From NCBI RefSeq assembly GCF_036365525.1, contig NC_090382.1:34207298-34271297 (forward strand): a DNA stretch of 64,000 bases, given 5' to 3'. Position numbers and translations under genes: made by a program. Origin of the DNA: Heterodontus francisci (taxonomy: Eukaryota). The notes beneath the pieces were generated by a model. The model saw only the letters and a list, made by a program, of their open reading frames with translations. It had not been told where the DNA came from and did not search any database. This document shows, one piece after another, positions 48,351 to 60,846 of this stretch (within the stretch, counting starts at the first letter, position 1; each line of letters begins with the position of its first letter).

Positions 48351-49869
48351 TATGTAATCTCAAGTAATTTACCCACAGCTGTTCTGTGTTTAAGAAGAGT
48401 TTCAAAAGAATGTAATGGGAAAGGTAAACAAGGTGAGATCATCAAACTCAAATTAGAGAAGAGATCTACGATTCAAGAAATCAGTAATTGAAGCCATATT
48501 ACAGATTAATAATTAAAGCCAAATTTATCAATAATTAAGCCAGAGGATTAATTACATCAAATTTAAAGGATAAATAGGTAGCTCAGCTTTTTCATAATTA
48601 TTGTACTCAACTTGAAAATATGAATCCCTATTGTGGGCTTCATTTTTGCTTTTAGCAGTCAACCAAATTTGATACTCATTTTTGATTAATGTACTTTTCA
48701 TAGCTTCATCTGTATAGTTGCAGTCCTCTAACACTTCATATTTTCATATCTGAATTGTTTAAATAAAACAGAATTTCTCAAATGTGTGGACTTGATTTTG
48801 AAAACATCACAATTGAATGAAAAAATATAAACCGATTCACAAGACTGTCAGCAACTCAGATTGCAATCGCATAAGTAGAGCATAGCAATCCTCCGAACAC
48901 CTGGCTCTAACTCGTGTTTTACACAAGATAGTCTGGATTAGCATGACCAAATGTTGGGACTAGAATAAACACACTTCACTGGTGGCACTAAAGTACAGTT
49001 GGCGTATAGATTTGATAAAGCAGGGTGAAAATGAAAGGCTTATGGATATCCAACACACTATTACCTCAGTGATTGGAGATTTCAGTCAGAAATGGCAAAC
49101 TAATTTTTGAACATGCAACATTGTCTAGATTCTTCCCTAATCCAATGTGGCTGAGTGATTTTGCTAATCCTAGCCATAGAGAGGAACTGCAATCTTGGTG
49201 AAATATGAGTATGTGAGATTTGTAAAGCGTAAACAAAGCGTGGGGGATTGTAATGAAACAGTGCAGCCTGATGTATATGCTAACAGAGAATTCACAAGGC
49301 TCAGTTTTAAGGATTCATTATCTGATGAATGACTAGCAATTCGGAGGAGATGTTAAATATTGGCTTTGTAATAGGCAGCCAAAAGGTGATATTCACCTTT
49401 TGGCAAGTTGGATGTAGGGCAAGCATATATTTTTGAAAGATTTAGGATGATGCACTTATGAGACTCAATGGCTCTTATGCGATTATAGGATGACTAAAAT
49501 AGACTTTGAAAAGTGTGAGGGTGTTGAAAGGATATACAGATATATGATGGATGTTGTTAGCTTACGAGATTTCATATTCTTGAGATGCAATAATTAGAGA
49601 AGGGAATGAATGAAAAAAGGACATTCACTAGCCTGAAATGATTGTCAGTTGAAAGACATGGTGAAAGACATCCCAAAATGCTTCACTACCAATGAAGTAC
49701 TTTTAAAGTTTGGTTACAGTTGGTGTTGGAAAATGTTTCTGCCAATTTGATCATAGCAAGAGCTTCCAACAGCTTTTAATACTGATTGAGAGACAAATGT
49801 TGGCAAGGACACAGGGAGCACTAACACCATCTGTAAAAGACAGACAAGCCCTGGGTTTAACATCTCATA

Positions 49870-50229
49870 GGGGCGGCACAGTGGCGCAGTGGTTAGCACC
49901 GCAGCCTCACAGCTCCAGGGACCCGGGTTCGATTCCGGGTACTGCCTGTGTGGAGTTTGCAAGTTCTCCCTGTGTCTGCGTGGGTTTTCTCCGGGTGCTC
50001 CGGTTTCCTCCCACACGCCAAAAGACTTGCAGGTTAATAGGTAAATTGGCCATTATAAATTGTCACTAGTATAGGTAGGTGGTAGGGAAATATAGGGACA
50101 GGTGGGGATGTTTGGTAGGAATATGGGATTAGTGTAGGATTAGTATAAAATGGGTGGTTGATGTTCGGCACAGACTCGATGGGCCGAAGGGCCTGTTTCA
50201 GTGCTGTATCTCTAATCTAAAAAAAAAAT
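49870..50229 (+). mobile_element. HE1-like SINE, full length
   Basis: gggcggcacagtggcgcagtggttagcacc head, conserved core, CR1-like tail. Confidence 0.85.
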
Positions 50230-51074
50230 ATCACCTCCATAAAGTGCAGTATTCTCAGCACTGCATTGAACTATCAGTTTAGATGTGCTGAAAGACTGGA
50301 ATTGAACTTGAATCCACACACTTCTCATTGAGGGGCAAGATTGCTCCCACTGAGCCAAGACTGACAAATTAGTAAAAAGAAACGGCTGAAAATAGACAGT
50401 GGGCTAAACAGATTTGTTGACGGGAATAAAATAATAAAAGGTTAAATATGACTAATATAAAAAGGAAGAGCTAAGGATTTTCAATTGCCTAGAATATATT
50501 ACAAACTAAATAAGCAAAGCAAAATTTCAAATGAAAGGTTTCACTTCGCTCAGATGTTAAGTCTGTCAGGGCTGAATTTCTTTCATCTCTTTTCATACAG
50601 ATATACATAAAAGCTTACCTTAGTAGATGGAGTATAATATAGGGAAGTGTGAAATTATCCACCTTAACAGGATGGATGGAAAAGCAGAATTTTTCCATTA
50701 ACAAGATGAGACCAATAAATGTTGGTATTCATAGGGATTTAAGTGCCCTTGTATATAAAACACAAAGGTAACATGCAGGTACAGCAAGCAATTAGAAAAG
50801 TAAGTGAGCCTTTATTGCACGGAGTTGGAGTACAAGAGTAAGGCAGTCTTGTTGCAATTATATAGGGCTTTAGTGAGACCACATCCGAGTGCTGCATACA
50901 GCTTTGGTCTCCTTACCTCAGAAGGATGTATTTGCCTTAGCAGGGAGCAACAAAGGTTCATTAGATTGATTCCTGGGATTAGAGGGTTGTCCTATGAAAA
51001 GAGACTGAATAAAACTAACCTATATTCTCTAGAGTTTCATAGAAACATGCAAAATGCTTACACAAGACTTGACA

Positions 51075-51420
51075 TTTTTTTAGATTAGAGATACAGCACT
51101 GAAACAGGCCCTTCGGCCCACCGAGTCTGTGCCGAACATCAACCACCCATTTATACTAATCCTACACTAATCCCATATTCCCAACAAACATCCCCACCTG
51201 TCCCTATATTTCCCTACCACCTACCTATACTGGTGACAATTTATAATGGCCAATTTACCTATCAACCTGCAAGTCTTTTGGCTTGTGGGAGGAAACCGGA
51301 GCACCCGGAGAAAACCCACGCAGACACAGGGAGAACTTGCAAACTCCACACAGGCAGTACCCGGAATCGAACCTGGGTCCCTGGAGCTGTGAGGCTGCGG
51401 TGCTAACCACTGCGCCGCCC
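51075..51420 (-). mobile_element. HE1-like SINE inserted in a CR1 fragment
   Basis: Near reverse complement of 49870-50229. Confidence 0.85.
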
Positions 51421-54328
51421 TAATGGTAGATGCTGAGAGGCTGTTTCCTCTGGCTGGAGAGTCTAGAATAGGGTTGTCCAACATATGGCCCATAGGCCAG
51501 GATCCTGCCCGTGGGTCTGTACTGTACCCGGGGCCGTTCCTCATCCTCACCGTGACTGGAGATTAGAAATGTCCCTTTGTCGAGTGGCCTTTACAGCCAT
51601 TTCCCAACAAAATCAGCGATTTCTGGCAGGTTCTGACTTTATTTTCAAAATGCCCACTGGAAAACCCCCAAGTCTGTTGGAAAACGACTGTTCCCAATGT
51701 CGGCAGCTGCCACCTGTGAAACTGACAGCAATGTTTTTAAAACAACTGACCAACCATCTGCTAAGCGTTCCATTCTGCAACTGTGTGAAGCAGAGAGGGT
51801 GGGGGCAGAGAGACAGAGAAAAGGGGGCACAGAGAGAGAGCGAGTGACAGAGACGGGGTCAGGGAACACTGGATACAAGGGGGTGGGAGCGGAGAGAGCG
51901 ATACAGAGTCGGGGGTTGAAGGAGACAGACAGAGAGAGGGGGAAGAGAGCCAAGAGTCATTTACTTACGGCACAGAGGAGGCAATTCTGACCATTGAGCC
52001 CATGCCAGCTCTCCACAGAGCTGTGCAGTCAGTCCCACTCCCTGGCTCGATCCCCGTAGCCCTGCAAGTCTATTTCTCACGTAACCATCCAACTTCCTCT
52101 TGAAGTCACTAATCGTCTCGACTTCCACCACCCTTGTGGACAGCGAGTTCCAGGTCATTAACACCTGCTGTGTGGAAAAAGTGCTTCCTCATATTCCACC
52201 TGCATCTTTTGCACAAAACTTTCAATCCATGTCTCCTAGTCCTAGAGGAGAGGTGAGATTTTGGGGTGGGTGGAAAGAGACAATGAGACACACACACACA
52301 GAGCACCGGGGGGGGGGGGGGGGGGGTTGGGAAGACAGATCAAGATCTCTCCTGAAAGATGGACATCTATCCAGAATACTCTGCATCGCTACATCAAGTA
52401 TGCCAGTAGAGTTCGACTAGTTATGCAAGCAAAAACAATGCCAATTATGTCACTAAATCAGTTTTCAGTATAGTGACAAGAAAGTACATCAATAAATTCA
52501 TCTTCTCATTTAAAGCTTTTTCACAAAAATGCACATTTGTTCTTGGTTTTATTAGTAAGATAAATTTTTAGCGCCTTTTTATCTTTCAAAATTTGCTCAC
52601 CAGCGCCGCCCCCCCTGCCCCGAGCAAAAATCGTAATGCGTACCTCCGCCCGAAAAGGTTGGACAATTATGGTTGAGAACAAGGTCTCAGGTAATGGATT
52701 GGCCATTTAGGATTGAGATGAAGAGAAATTTCTTCACTCAAAGGGTTATGAATCTTTGGAATTCTCTCCCCAGAGGGCTGTGGATACTCAGTCAATCAGT
52801 ATATTGAAGGCTGCGATCTAAAATATTTTTGGGCACTTAAGAGATCAAAAGATATGGGGATAGGATGGGAAAACAGACCTGATGGAGAAGTTCAGTTATG
52901 ATCTTATGGCAGAGCAGGTTTGAGAGGCCATATGGCCAACTCCTGTTCCTATTCTTATATAGATTTCATCATTTCTATCAATTCTTCTGGACTTTCTAGG
53001 CCTGATTGTGACAATGTCCATACCCTGAGTTATTTCTGGTTGGAATATTAACCAGTTCTGGGAAGGGTATTTTCCTCATCCTACAAATTAGGTTTCAATA
53101 TCCCCCCTCTCTCCCTCCATCAACGTCACAAATGCCTCATCATTAAAACATTTCCAAACTCTTATGCACCATTAATGTACTCAAATTATTCCCAATCCAA
53201 CCGGATTCTACTCACGCATAAGCCTAGTGTTTCCACTAGTTTGCTCATCTGAAATCAGTGTAAAATACTGCAGAATTTTAAGCGCAAGTTACACTGAGCA
53301 TAAATTAAGTTTCTGTGATCTATATCACTAATAAAAAAAGCGTTGAAGCTGGCCCTGCCCACAAAACTGCCCTCAGGTTGGAATAATGAGCATGACAAGT
53401 TTTCACTGATTGTGCCTGTTCAAAGAGGCTCTTCATTGTCAGTAATTTAAAATCAGATTACTTACAGGTAGTGGACTAGACGCTTGTTAAAAATGGGTAT
53501 TTTTGTGATAAACACATTTTCAGTTGTATTAATAAAATTGCAGCAGGTTACCGCTCTTAAACACATCAATAGTTTTTTAATTGCAAGACAAAATTGCGTC
53601 ATGCTGCCCAATTGTGCTGGTTCATGGAAGATTTCACTTTTGTGATAATGCAAATTAATTTGGGCGGGAACTTGAACCTTTCAACTTCACTTCAAAAAAA
53701 CGAGTACAATTTATACCAGATTCCCGAATGCACCCAAAGCAGAAACACTAACCCACACAATTTAAAAAGCTCAAGTGTTCAGTTGATGCCTAGATCTTTA
53801 TATGGATGACTAGGTTTATAGTTATGTTTCCCATCCTATCCTTAATTTTCTGTAATTAGCATGTACAATTTCTAATTTGCATCCACTCAAGTGCGCAGAC
53901 TGGGGCTGTGGCTGACATTTGACAATGGTACAATAATTTGATTTTGGTAATGCTGGGTAAGGAAAGAATGTTGGCCAAGACTCCAGGAGAAAACTATGCT
54001 CTTTTGCATAATGCCATTAATCCACCTAAATAGGTGGATGAGCCACAGTGCAACATGTCCTCAGTGCTAGAATGAAATGAAAGCCTAGAATACATGCTCA
54101 AATTCTGAAGTGAGACTTGAATTCACACACTGTTATTCAGTGGAGACAGGAATGAGAACCTGAGGGATGGACTATGGGTCTGTTTCTATATAAACCAATC
54201 AAAACAAATTCTTGCTTCTGTTTTTCTCAGCACTTCAAGCTTGATCACTATTACATCCACTAGGTAAAAAAAAAAATTAAGGAGTTGACTCTCCTAACAC
54301 CATCTTTCACCAATAACAATATAAAAGT

Positions 54329-57300
54329 TTTATTGTGTAGTGTTCAGGCATAACAGGCTCTCCATTCCAGCCAACCTTCTCAACAGCACAATTTTAAACA
54401 AACAAAATAAACCAACAATTTCACATTTTATCATTTAAAGCTTGTTTCACAACTGATCCTGGACACATCAAGGTTGAAGAAATAGTTTAAAAGCAAACAG
54501 TTTTAAACAACACTGCAATCAAACATGAAATAAAAGGAAGCCAGCCCATTTTGTTAACTACCCCATTTTTTCAAATCACTAACTTACTCTCCAATTTACT
54601 GCTTATTACAGTATCCCGCGTTCAGATGTTCTCAGAAATGTCACACATCACTTGGGCGTCATACATCACTCCCAAGAGGGAACAACTTGCTTTCATATGC
54701 TGCCCAAGAACTGGGAACACTCCCCTAACTAGGCCAGACAGATTCTACTGATGGACAAGGTAATCTAGCAAGTCAATTCTGGCCCTCTGTTTGGAAGGCA
54801 AGTGATCTACCAAGGCTTCTTTGTACAGCATTTGGTTCATTACAGATCAAAATTAAGGAAAAATGTTTAAACAGTTTGAATACAAAACAATGTCTGTACT
54901 AAAGACCACAGATTTGAACAAGAAGCAAGAATACATCACAGTTCTAATCGGCAATGATTTAGTATGTCTGAATACTTTAATTACCAACACCATCTCTCAG
55001 AAGTTTACTAAATACACTCTTAGTTCTAATAGACAAGCATGCTTGCTCTTAGAAATGCAAAAGCAAGTATTTGAGTTCAACTGCAGATGAAGACAAGGAT
55101 CTGGTTTTGACTCTGAGGCAAACTGAAAATAACAAGTCACTTTATATAAATTTAGGACAGTGAGAGAGAAACCTCTTAATATTCTCAAATCTGATCTTTG
55201 ACACCTTATCAACAGCAAAACACAATAATCATAGCTTTAGTAACATTTCTGTGAGGTGTTAGACTTTCAGTACGCCACTGTTGTATGCTTTGCATAGACA
55301 GTTAAGATGTTTTTGAAAGATGTGATTTCATTTTCTACACTTTCTAAATACTTCACAATACAGTATTTAGAAAATGTGCAACTGAAAAAAATCATATGTT
55401 TGAGCCTTTATTCGTCCAATGGTGTCAAATTGTTATTTTGAGTTGTTTTGGTTCCTGGGGAATTTTCAATTTTTTTGTTATTAATGCCAAAAATATTCTG
55501 AATATCCTTACTACACAATTTGCAAGAATTTACACTGAGTTGCAATTACACAAGACTGTAGATAACGTGACATCTGAAACAACCATTGTAGTTCATGCCT
55601 CCTAATTATCCATTTGGCAAGTTCATACATGGAATGCAGCATACACTCCAGTGGCATAAACTTGGCAAAATAACACTCACTTTTCCATCCCACTTCTGTC
55701 CCTGTGGATTTTCATGCAGGTATAATCCTAATATCTAAGGCAGTCATGTTGTACGGAGACCCTGATTTTACCATGCATGTCAGATATTTTGCTGCAATCT
55801 GTATGATTGAACTAAAGTACAAAGATTTCAGGAAGCCAACTGGGGTGCCCATACCAAAGAGTCTGGATAGTATCCTGAAAGAGTCTACTTCAGTTTACAA
55901 AACACAGTAATGGGGACTTGCAAAATACATGTTCTTTTTATTGCATTCCAGATTTAGAATGTTAACTCATCCAGATTCACTGAGGCTGCCACATGTTACT
56001 TTAGGATTAGACAAGTTAACGGAAACTTCAGAGCCTCATGTACAGTTTAAAATTCAAACAACATTAGCAATCTTTAAAAAAAAACTGTTCCACTATTCAA
56101 TCACTAACTGAGCCTTCTACAATTATGGTTATGTGATGCAAAAACCGGCCTTTACAATAACTGATCCCTTGGTCCTAACGAAAACTGCATATGATAGTAG
56201 CCAGTAAAATGAGCTAAATAAGTTCTGGTATAAACAAAATTCATACAACCAAGTATGATATTTGTAAAACACTCTTCATTGCAGATTGCAAGCTTGTTAT
56301 AAATTATAACTATGTTTACTGAACATCACACCATGTGTTGAATATGGTACTTCAGCATGCTTACAAAAGTAAAAATGGTAGAGTACATGACCTATTCTCT
56401 GAAAAAAATTCAACTTTCACAGAAAAATAGGAATTACTGCTAATCTATGGGGAGGGGTGGAGGCAAAACAACCTCAAGTGTGTTGCACTTTGTGCATGCA
56501 GATCACCCAGACAATGACATTTCTTAAAGGGACAGTATCCCAGATGATTTATGCTGTAGGGTGACAAAAATTCCTACCTGTAGATGGAAATTCATTGAAT
56601 GAATGAAGAAACAACTTTTTTTAAGACAAGAAAATAGAATGCGTTGTATTTTTCCAATGTATATAGTTAAGTGTTTATGGAAACCCTCAAAAATTTTGCT
56701 TAGTTTGTTTGAGATGGATGGATATTAGCATTGGTCCAATATATCACAAAGCCCAGATTACAAAATCCCTACTTTTGGTTTTACACTTGAAAATATAACT
56801 GACACCTCAATATTCCAATTTAAGCCAGTAAAGGAACAATGATGGATGAGATTCATTCTCATTTAACCTTTGATTCTCATTTCACTCCTCAAAATGGACT
56901 TCTTTAAAGAGTATTTTATCTTTCCCATCACCATCAATTACATTGTTAACATTTATATTAGCTCAACAAACATAGCCAGCAATGAATGACTAAAAGCTTC
57001 ATTGCTCCACATACCAATTCCAGATGTTTAACCAGAGATGCTTTGATGCATTGGGCTTTTTTTTTTAATGTACAGGTGTAACAAATTGAATTTTTAAAAA
57101 AAGTTTCAAAGCTTCATACCATTAGCACTAAAGGCATCATCATTGTTTTAGGGAAAAAAAATCAATATAGCTCATAGTAAGAGATGATAGTACGTTCAAA
57201 ATCATCACTAAAGGAAGTTCAGATTGAGATATCGGGACCTGGATTTCACAGCTGGCAGGATTTGTAGTTTGCTGCAAGTGGAGTTACACTTAATGAAGCT

Positions 57301-57535
57301 TCAAAATCAAAAAGAAAAATGAACATTAAAATTGTCACATATCAATGTTTCAAAACTCAAACTTGCTTATAGAAAACTTTCTACGTTTTTCAACATTAGA
57401 GCACGATACTCATGTAAATGTTTCCAGTTTATAAATTGCAAAAAAGACCATGTCCATCTGGGTTGTCAGTTTGCATTCAATATCTTGGGTAATACTGGAA
57501 TTATGCTTCTCATTGGTTGCGAGGTTCTTGTTCAG
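54329..57535 (-). other. Probable long 3' UTR of the matrin-3-like gene, with candidate AATAAA at 54329-54334
   Basis: About 3.2 kb of AT-rich sequence with no recognisable repeats after the stop codon, ending at AATAAA on the - strand. Confidence 0.45.
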
Positions 57536-57601
57536 TCACTCCAGAATGATTTGCTGCTGCTTTTCTCTCCAGTACTCCACAGCTTGCTTGGCCAGTGTTT
57601 T
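57536..57601 (-). CDS. Matrin-3/RBM20-like gene: last coding exon
   Basis: cttttaaag acceptor, phase 0; KTLAKQAVEYWREKQQQIILE*, continuing the zinc-finger exon like the short matrin-3 C-terminal helix. Confidence 0.7.
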   Translation of the reverse strand, partial: KTLAKQAVEYWREKQQQIILE

Positions 57602-57759
57602 CTTTAAAAGTACATCAGAAAAACTGTGTTAAACAGTAACACGGTCATTGCTACAGAAAACCTTCACCATACCTGGTTGCACTACACTGACAAGCAAGGT
57701 CAGTGACAGAGTGACTGAATAAATCAAATTCTGTTTTTATTTCAATTATTGGGCTTCAT

Positions 57760-58340
57760 AAATATAGGCATAGAGTACAAAAGCAGGGAAGTTATGCTGA
57801 ACCTTAGTAAAGTTCTGGTTAAACTTCAACTAGAGTACTACGTCCAGTTCTGGTCACCACACTAGGAATGATGTGAGGGTGCAGAGGAGATTTACCAGAA
57901 TAGTTCCAGGGATGGGTGATTTTAGTTACCAAGGTTAGAATGGAAAAACTGGTGTTCTCCTTGGAGCAAAGGAGATTGAAGCAAGATTTAATAGAGGTGT
58001 ATAAGATTATGACAGGATTAGATAAGGTAGACAAAGGAAAAACTGTTCCCATTAAGAGGGTCGAAAGGACGCAGATTGAAGGTTTTGGCAAGAGATGCAG
58101 GGGGAATGTGAGGAAGAATTTCTTTACACAGCGAATGGTAATGACCTGGAACTCGCTGCATGGGGGTGGTGGAAGCAGAGGCAATTAATGATTTCAAAAG
58201 GAAATTGGATGGGCACTTGAAGGAAATAAACTTGCAGGACTACGGGGATTGAACGGAGGAGTGGGATTGACTGTATTACTCTGGAGAGCTGGCATGGACT
58301 CTATAGGCTGAATGGCCTCCTTCTGTGTCGTAAATGACTA
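57760..58340 (+). mobile_element. CR1 3' fragment in intron
   Basis: [19 protein letters not shown]...RKNFFTQRMVMTWNSL. Confidence 0.8.
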
Positions 58341-58958
58341 TTCATGATAGGTTTCAGAGTAAAAATAAATAGGAAAATGTCCTTTATTAGCATTTATACA
58401 ACCATATAGGAATCCTGGTCCACAGCATAAAGCATTGAGGATTTGCCTACATAACAATCACTGCACTCCTAAAGAATTCAATAGATCTGATTTTGCTGAA
58501 AAAGGCATATAAACACAGCATGCTGTTATTAATGAGCAAATCAGCCAGCAACTTGTAGCAAAGGCAAGATACCCCGTGAAAGGTGAATTGCCACAGGTTT
58601 CTGGCTGATTTGCACCCCTCCACTCTAGGCTTTGTGAAAATGTCATCTTGTGCTTAACTTCCCCATGCTTTTTATGAAGTTGCTGCATTTTCACATTAAC
58701 TGTTCAGTAAACTTATCAAAAGTTAAGACTAGTAATTAACAACGCAACTACCCTTTTAATGAAGTGATAATTATTAATGGCTGCCAATCAACCTCATTTG
58801 CATAGAAAATAATCGTGTAGACTCTCATTTCTTCAAGTTGCAAACTGTTTTACAAGATTTAAAATGTCTAATTTTAGATTTTAAACATTGAGTTCCATTT
58901 TGTCTCTCTTAATCCAATCTTTCCCTCACTTCATGTACCTGACTAGACATTGAATTCA

Positions 58959-59185
58959 AAAACAAGAAATGCTGGATTCACTCAGCGGGTCTGGCAGCAT
59001 CTGTGGAAAGAGAAGCAGAGTTAACGTTTCGGGTCAGTGACCCTTCTTCGGATTCCGAAGAAGGGTCACTGACCCGAAACGTTAACTCTGCTTCTCTTTC
59101 CACAGATGCTGCCAGACCCGCTGAGTGAATCCAGCATTTCTTGTTTTTGTTTCAGATTTCCAGCATCCGCAGTATTTTGCTTTTA
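58959..59185. mobile_element. Palindromic Penelope-like terminal-repeat insertion
   Basis: Inverted repeat 58957-59149 centred on 59053 (arms ~96 bp); 15-bp TSD tagacattgaattca (58944-58958, 59186-59200). Confidence 0.88.
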
Positions 59186-60140
59186 TAGACATTGAATTCA
59201 CCTACTACAATTCAGCTTTTCAGCCCTTCCTCCATATATTTCTCAATCCTTTATTTTCATTGGTTAAAGAGGAAGTACACTTTATCCTATTGTTCATCAA
59301 GATCCTAGATGCCCTGCTGCCCTTGCTGAACTGTTATCAGCTCACATTTCAAGCATACCTTTATACAAAATTTTTAACGTGCAATTCTAAGTATAACTAA
59401 TGGGCCATGCCCTGCTCAAACAAAATCAGGCATACTGTATACAGAATCTGGGATGTTTCAATGACATGATGAAATATATAAAAACACTTTTTCCCCACAA
59501 GAATATAGGATAAAAACTGCTCAATTAAGCTGCTCGGTTTAACTTTGATTGAGTGCAATTGTAATAATACAGGTGGCAACACAATTTCTCAAAACCTCTA
59601 TCAAATAATGTAGTGCTGCCAAAAACAATGAATCAATTATATAATGGTGAGTGTAACTGTAATAATCCAGGTGGCATCACAGCTTCTAAAAATCGATCAA
59701 ATAATGTAGTACTACCAACAATGAATCAATAATGTAATGACGGTCTCATTCATCAAACTATGTCATCCTTCTCCTAATAGGATCAGAGAGATGGTCTGAG
59801 ATATTTTATTTTTAATGTGAATTGCATGCACTATTTGACTCTTTCCCCTTCTAAAAATCCATAACTCCACACCTGGGCTACCTCATAGGCCTTATCTGAC
59901 AGAACTAGCTCTCAAGAACTCCAGGACTACCAGAGATGGCAGTGCACCACATTCTGAAACCGCCTATTCCTACTCCCAACTGACGTTGCATGACAGAGTA
60001 GAGACTGGTAAATATTCAAGTTTTCAGTTTGTGTTCCTTGTTCTGAAAGTTACAACATCTTCAAAACAGAATTTTTGTTTTTATAAAGGATACACGTGTG
60101 GAAAGAAAGAAAAACCTGTTTGCCTTAAAATCAGGCTTAC

Positions 60141-60262
60141 CTTAAGTCTCTGATAATGATCAATGGTGCCGCAATGATTCTGCTTTGCAGTCTCCTCGCT
60201 TGTATAGAAGAGACAGCAGAGTTTGCAGTAGTAGCCAGTTTTTGGAACCACATAATCTAACC
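60141..60262 (-). CDS. Matrin-3/RBM20-like gene: C-terminal matrin/U1-type zinc-finger exon
   Basis: tttcag acceptor, gtaagc donor, 122 nt; [41 protein letters not shown] closely resembles the second zinc finger of MATR3/RBM20. Paralog identity unresolved. Confidence 0.88.
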
Positions 60263-60846
60263 CTGAAAGAGACCATAGTGAATCAGTCTTTCAGACACTT
60301 GTGGTGAAAGTACTTGAGTAGAACCACAGCAAACAGTGCAGGCACCATTGCTGGACATGTAGCACAGCAGATATTATGCACACTCATACAGGACACATAC
60401 CGGAAGGAGGACAGTTTGTAGATAATGCAGCTCAGATATCATACAAGATGTATACCAGTTTACAGATATTTCCAAATTATTTCAAATATGTAGGGAGTGT
60501 TTATTAATATCTGCAGGACATTGGGGCCAATGTGCTTTATCAACAAGAACCATACATTTGCTATAAAAAAAAATGCAAGTTGCTATTGTTACAAAGATGA
60601 TGTGGTGCACCAGTTTACAAAATGTTGAAAGCAGTACCTACTTTGGTACCTGGCACTATGATGTACTACCATTAGTATGGGACTTTTACCAAGCACTCTG
60701 CTAGTTGTTCAATGGTTGATGGCATTGCACTATAAAGAAACTGCGTAAAACCTTGGAACAGCCATGAAATGAGCCTGGCTTCATTTCCTGTACTGGGCAA
60801 GTAGACCCTTTTGGATCCACTGCATAAAAGCAGGAGACATTAGACT

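Noticed and set aside
51697-51990. Charged low-complexity ORF (ERQRKGGTERER)
   Set aside because: GA-rich simple sequence beside a CR1 fragment, with no splice or domain evidence.
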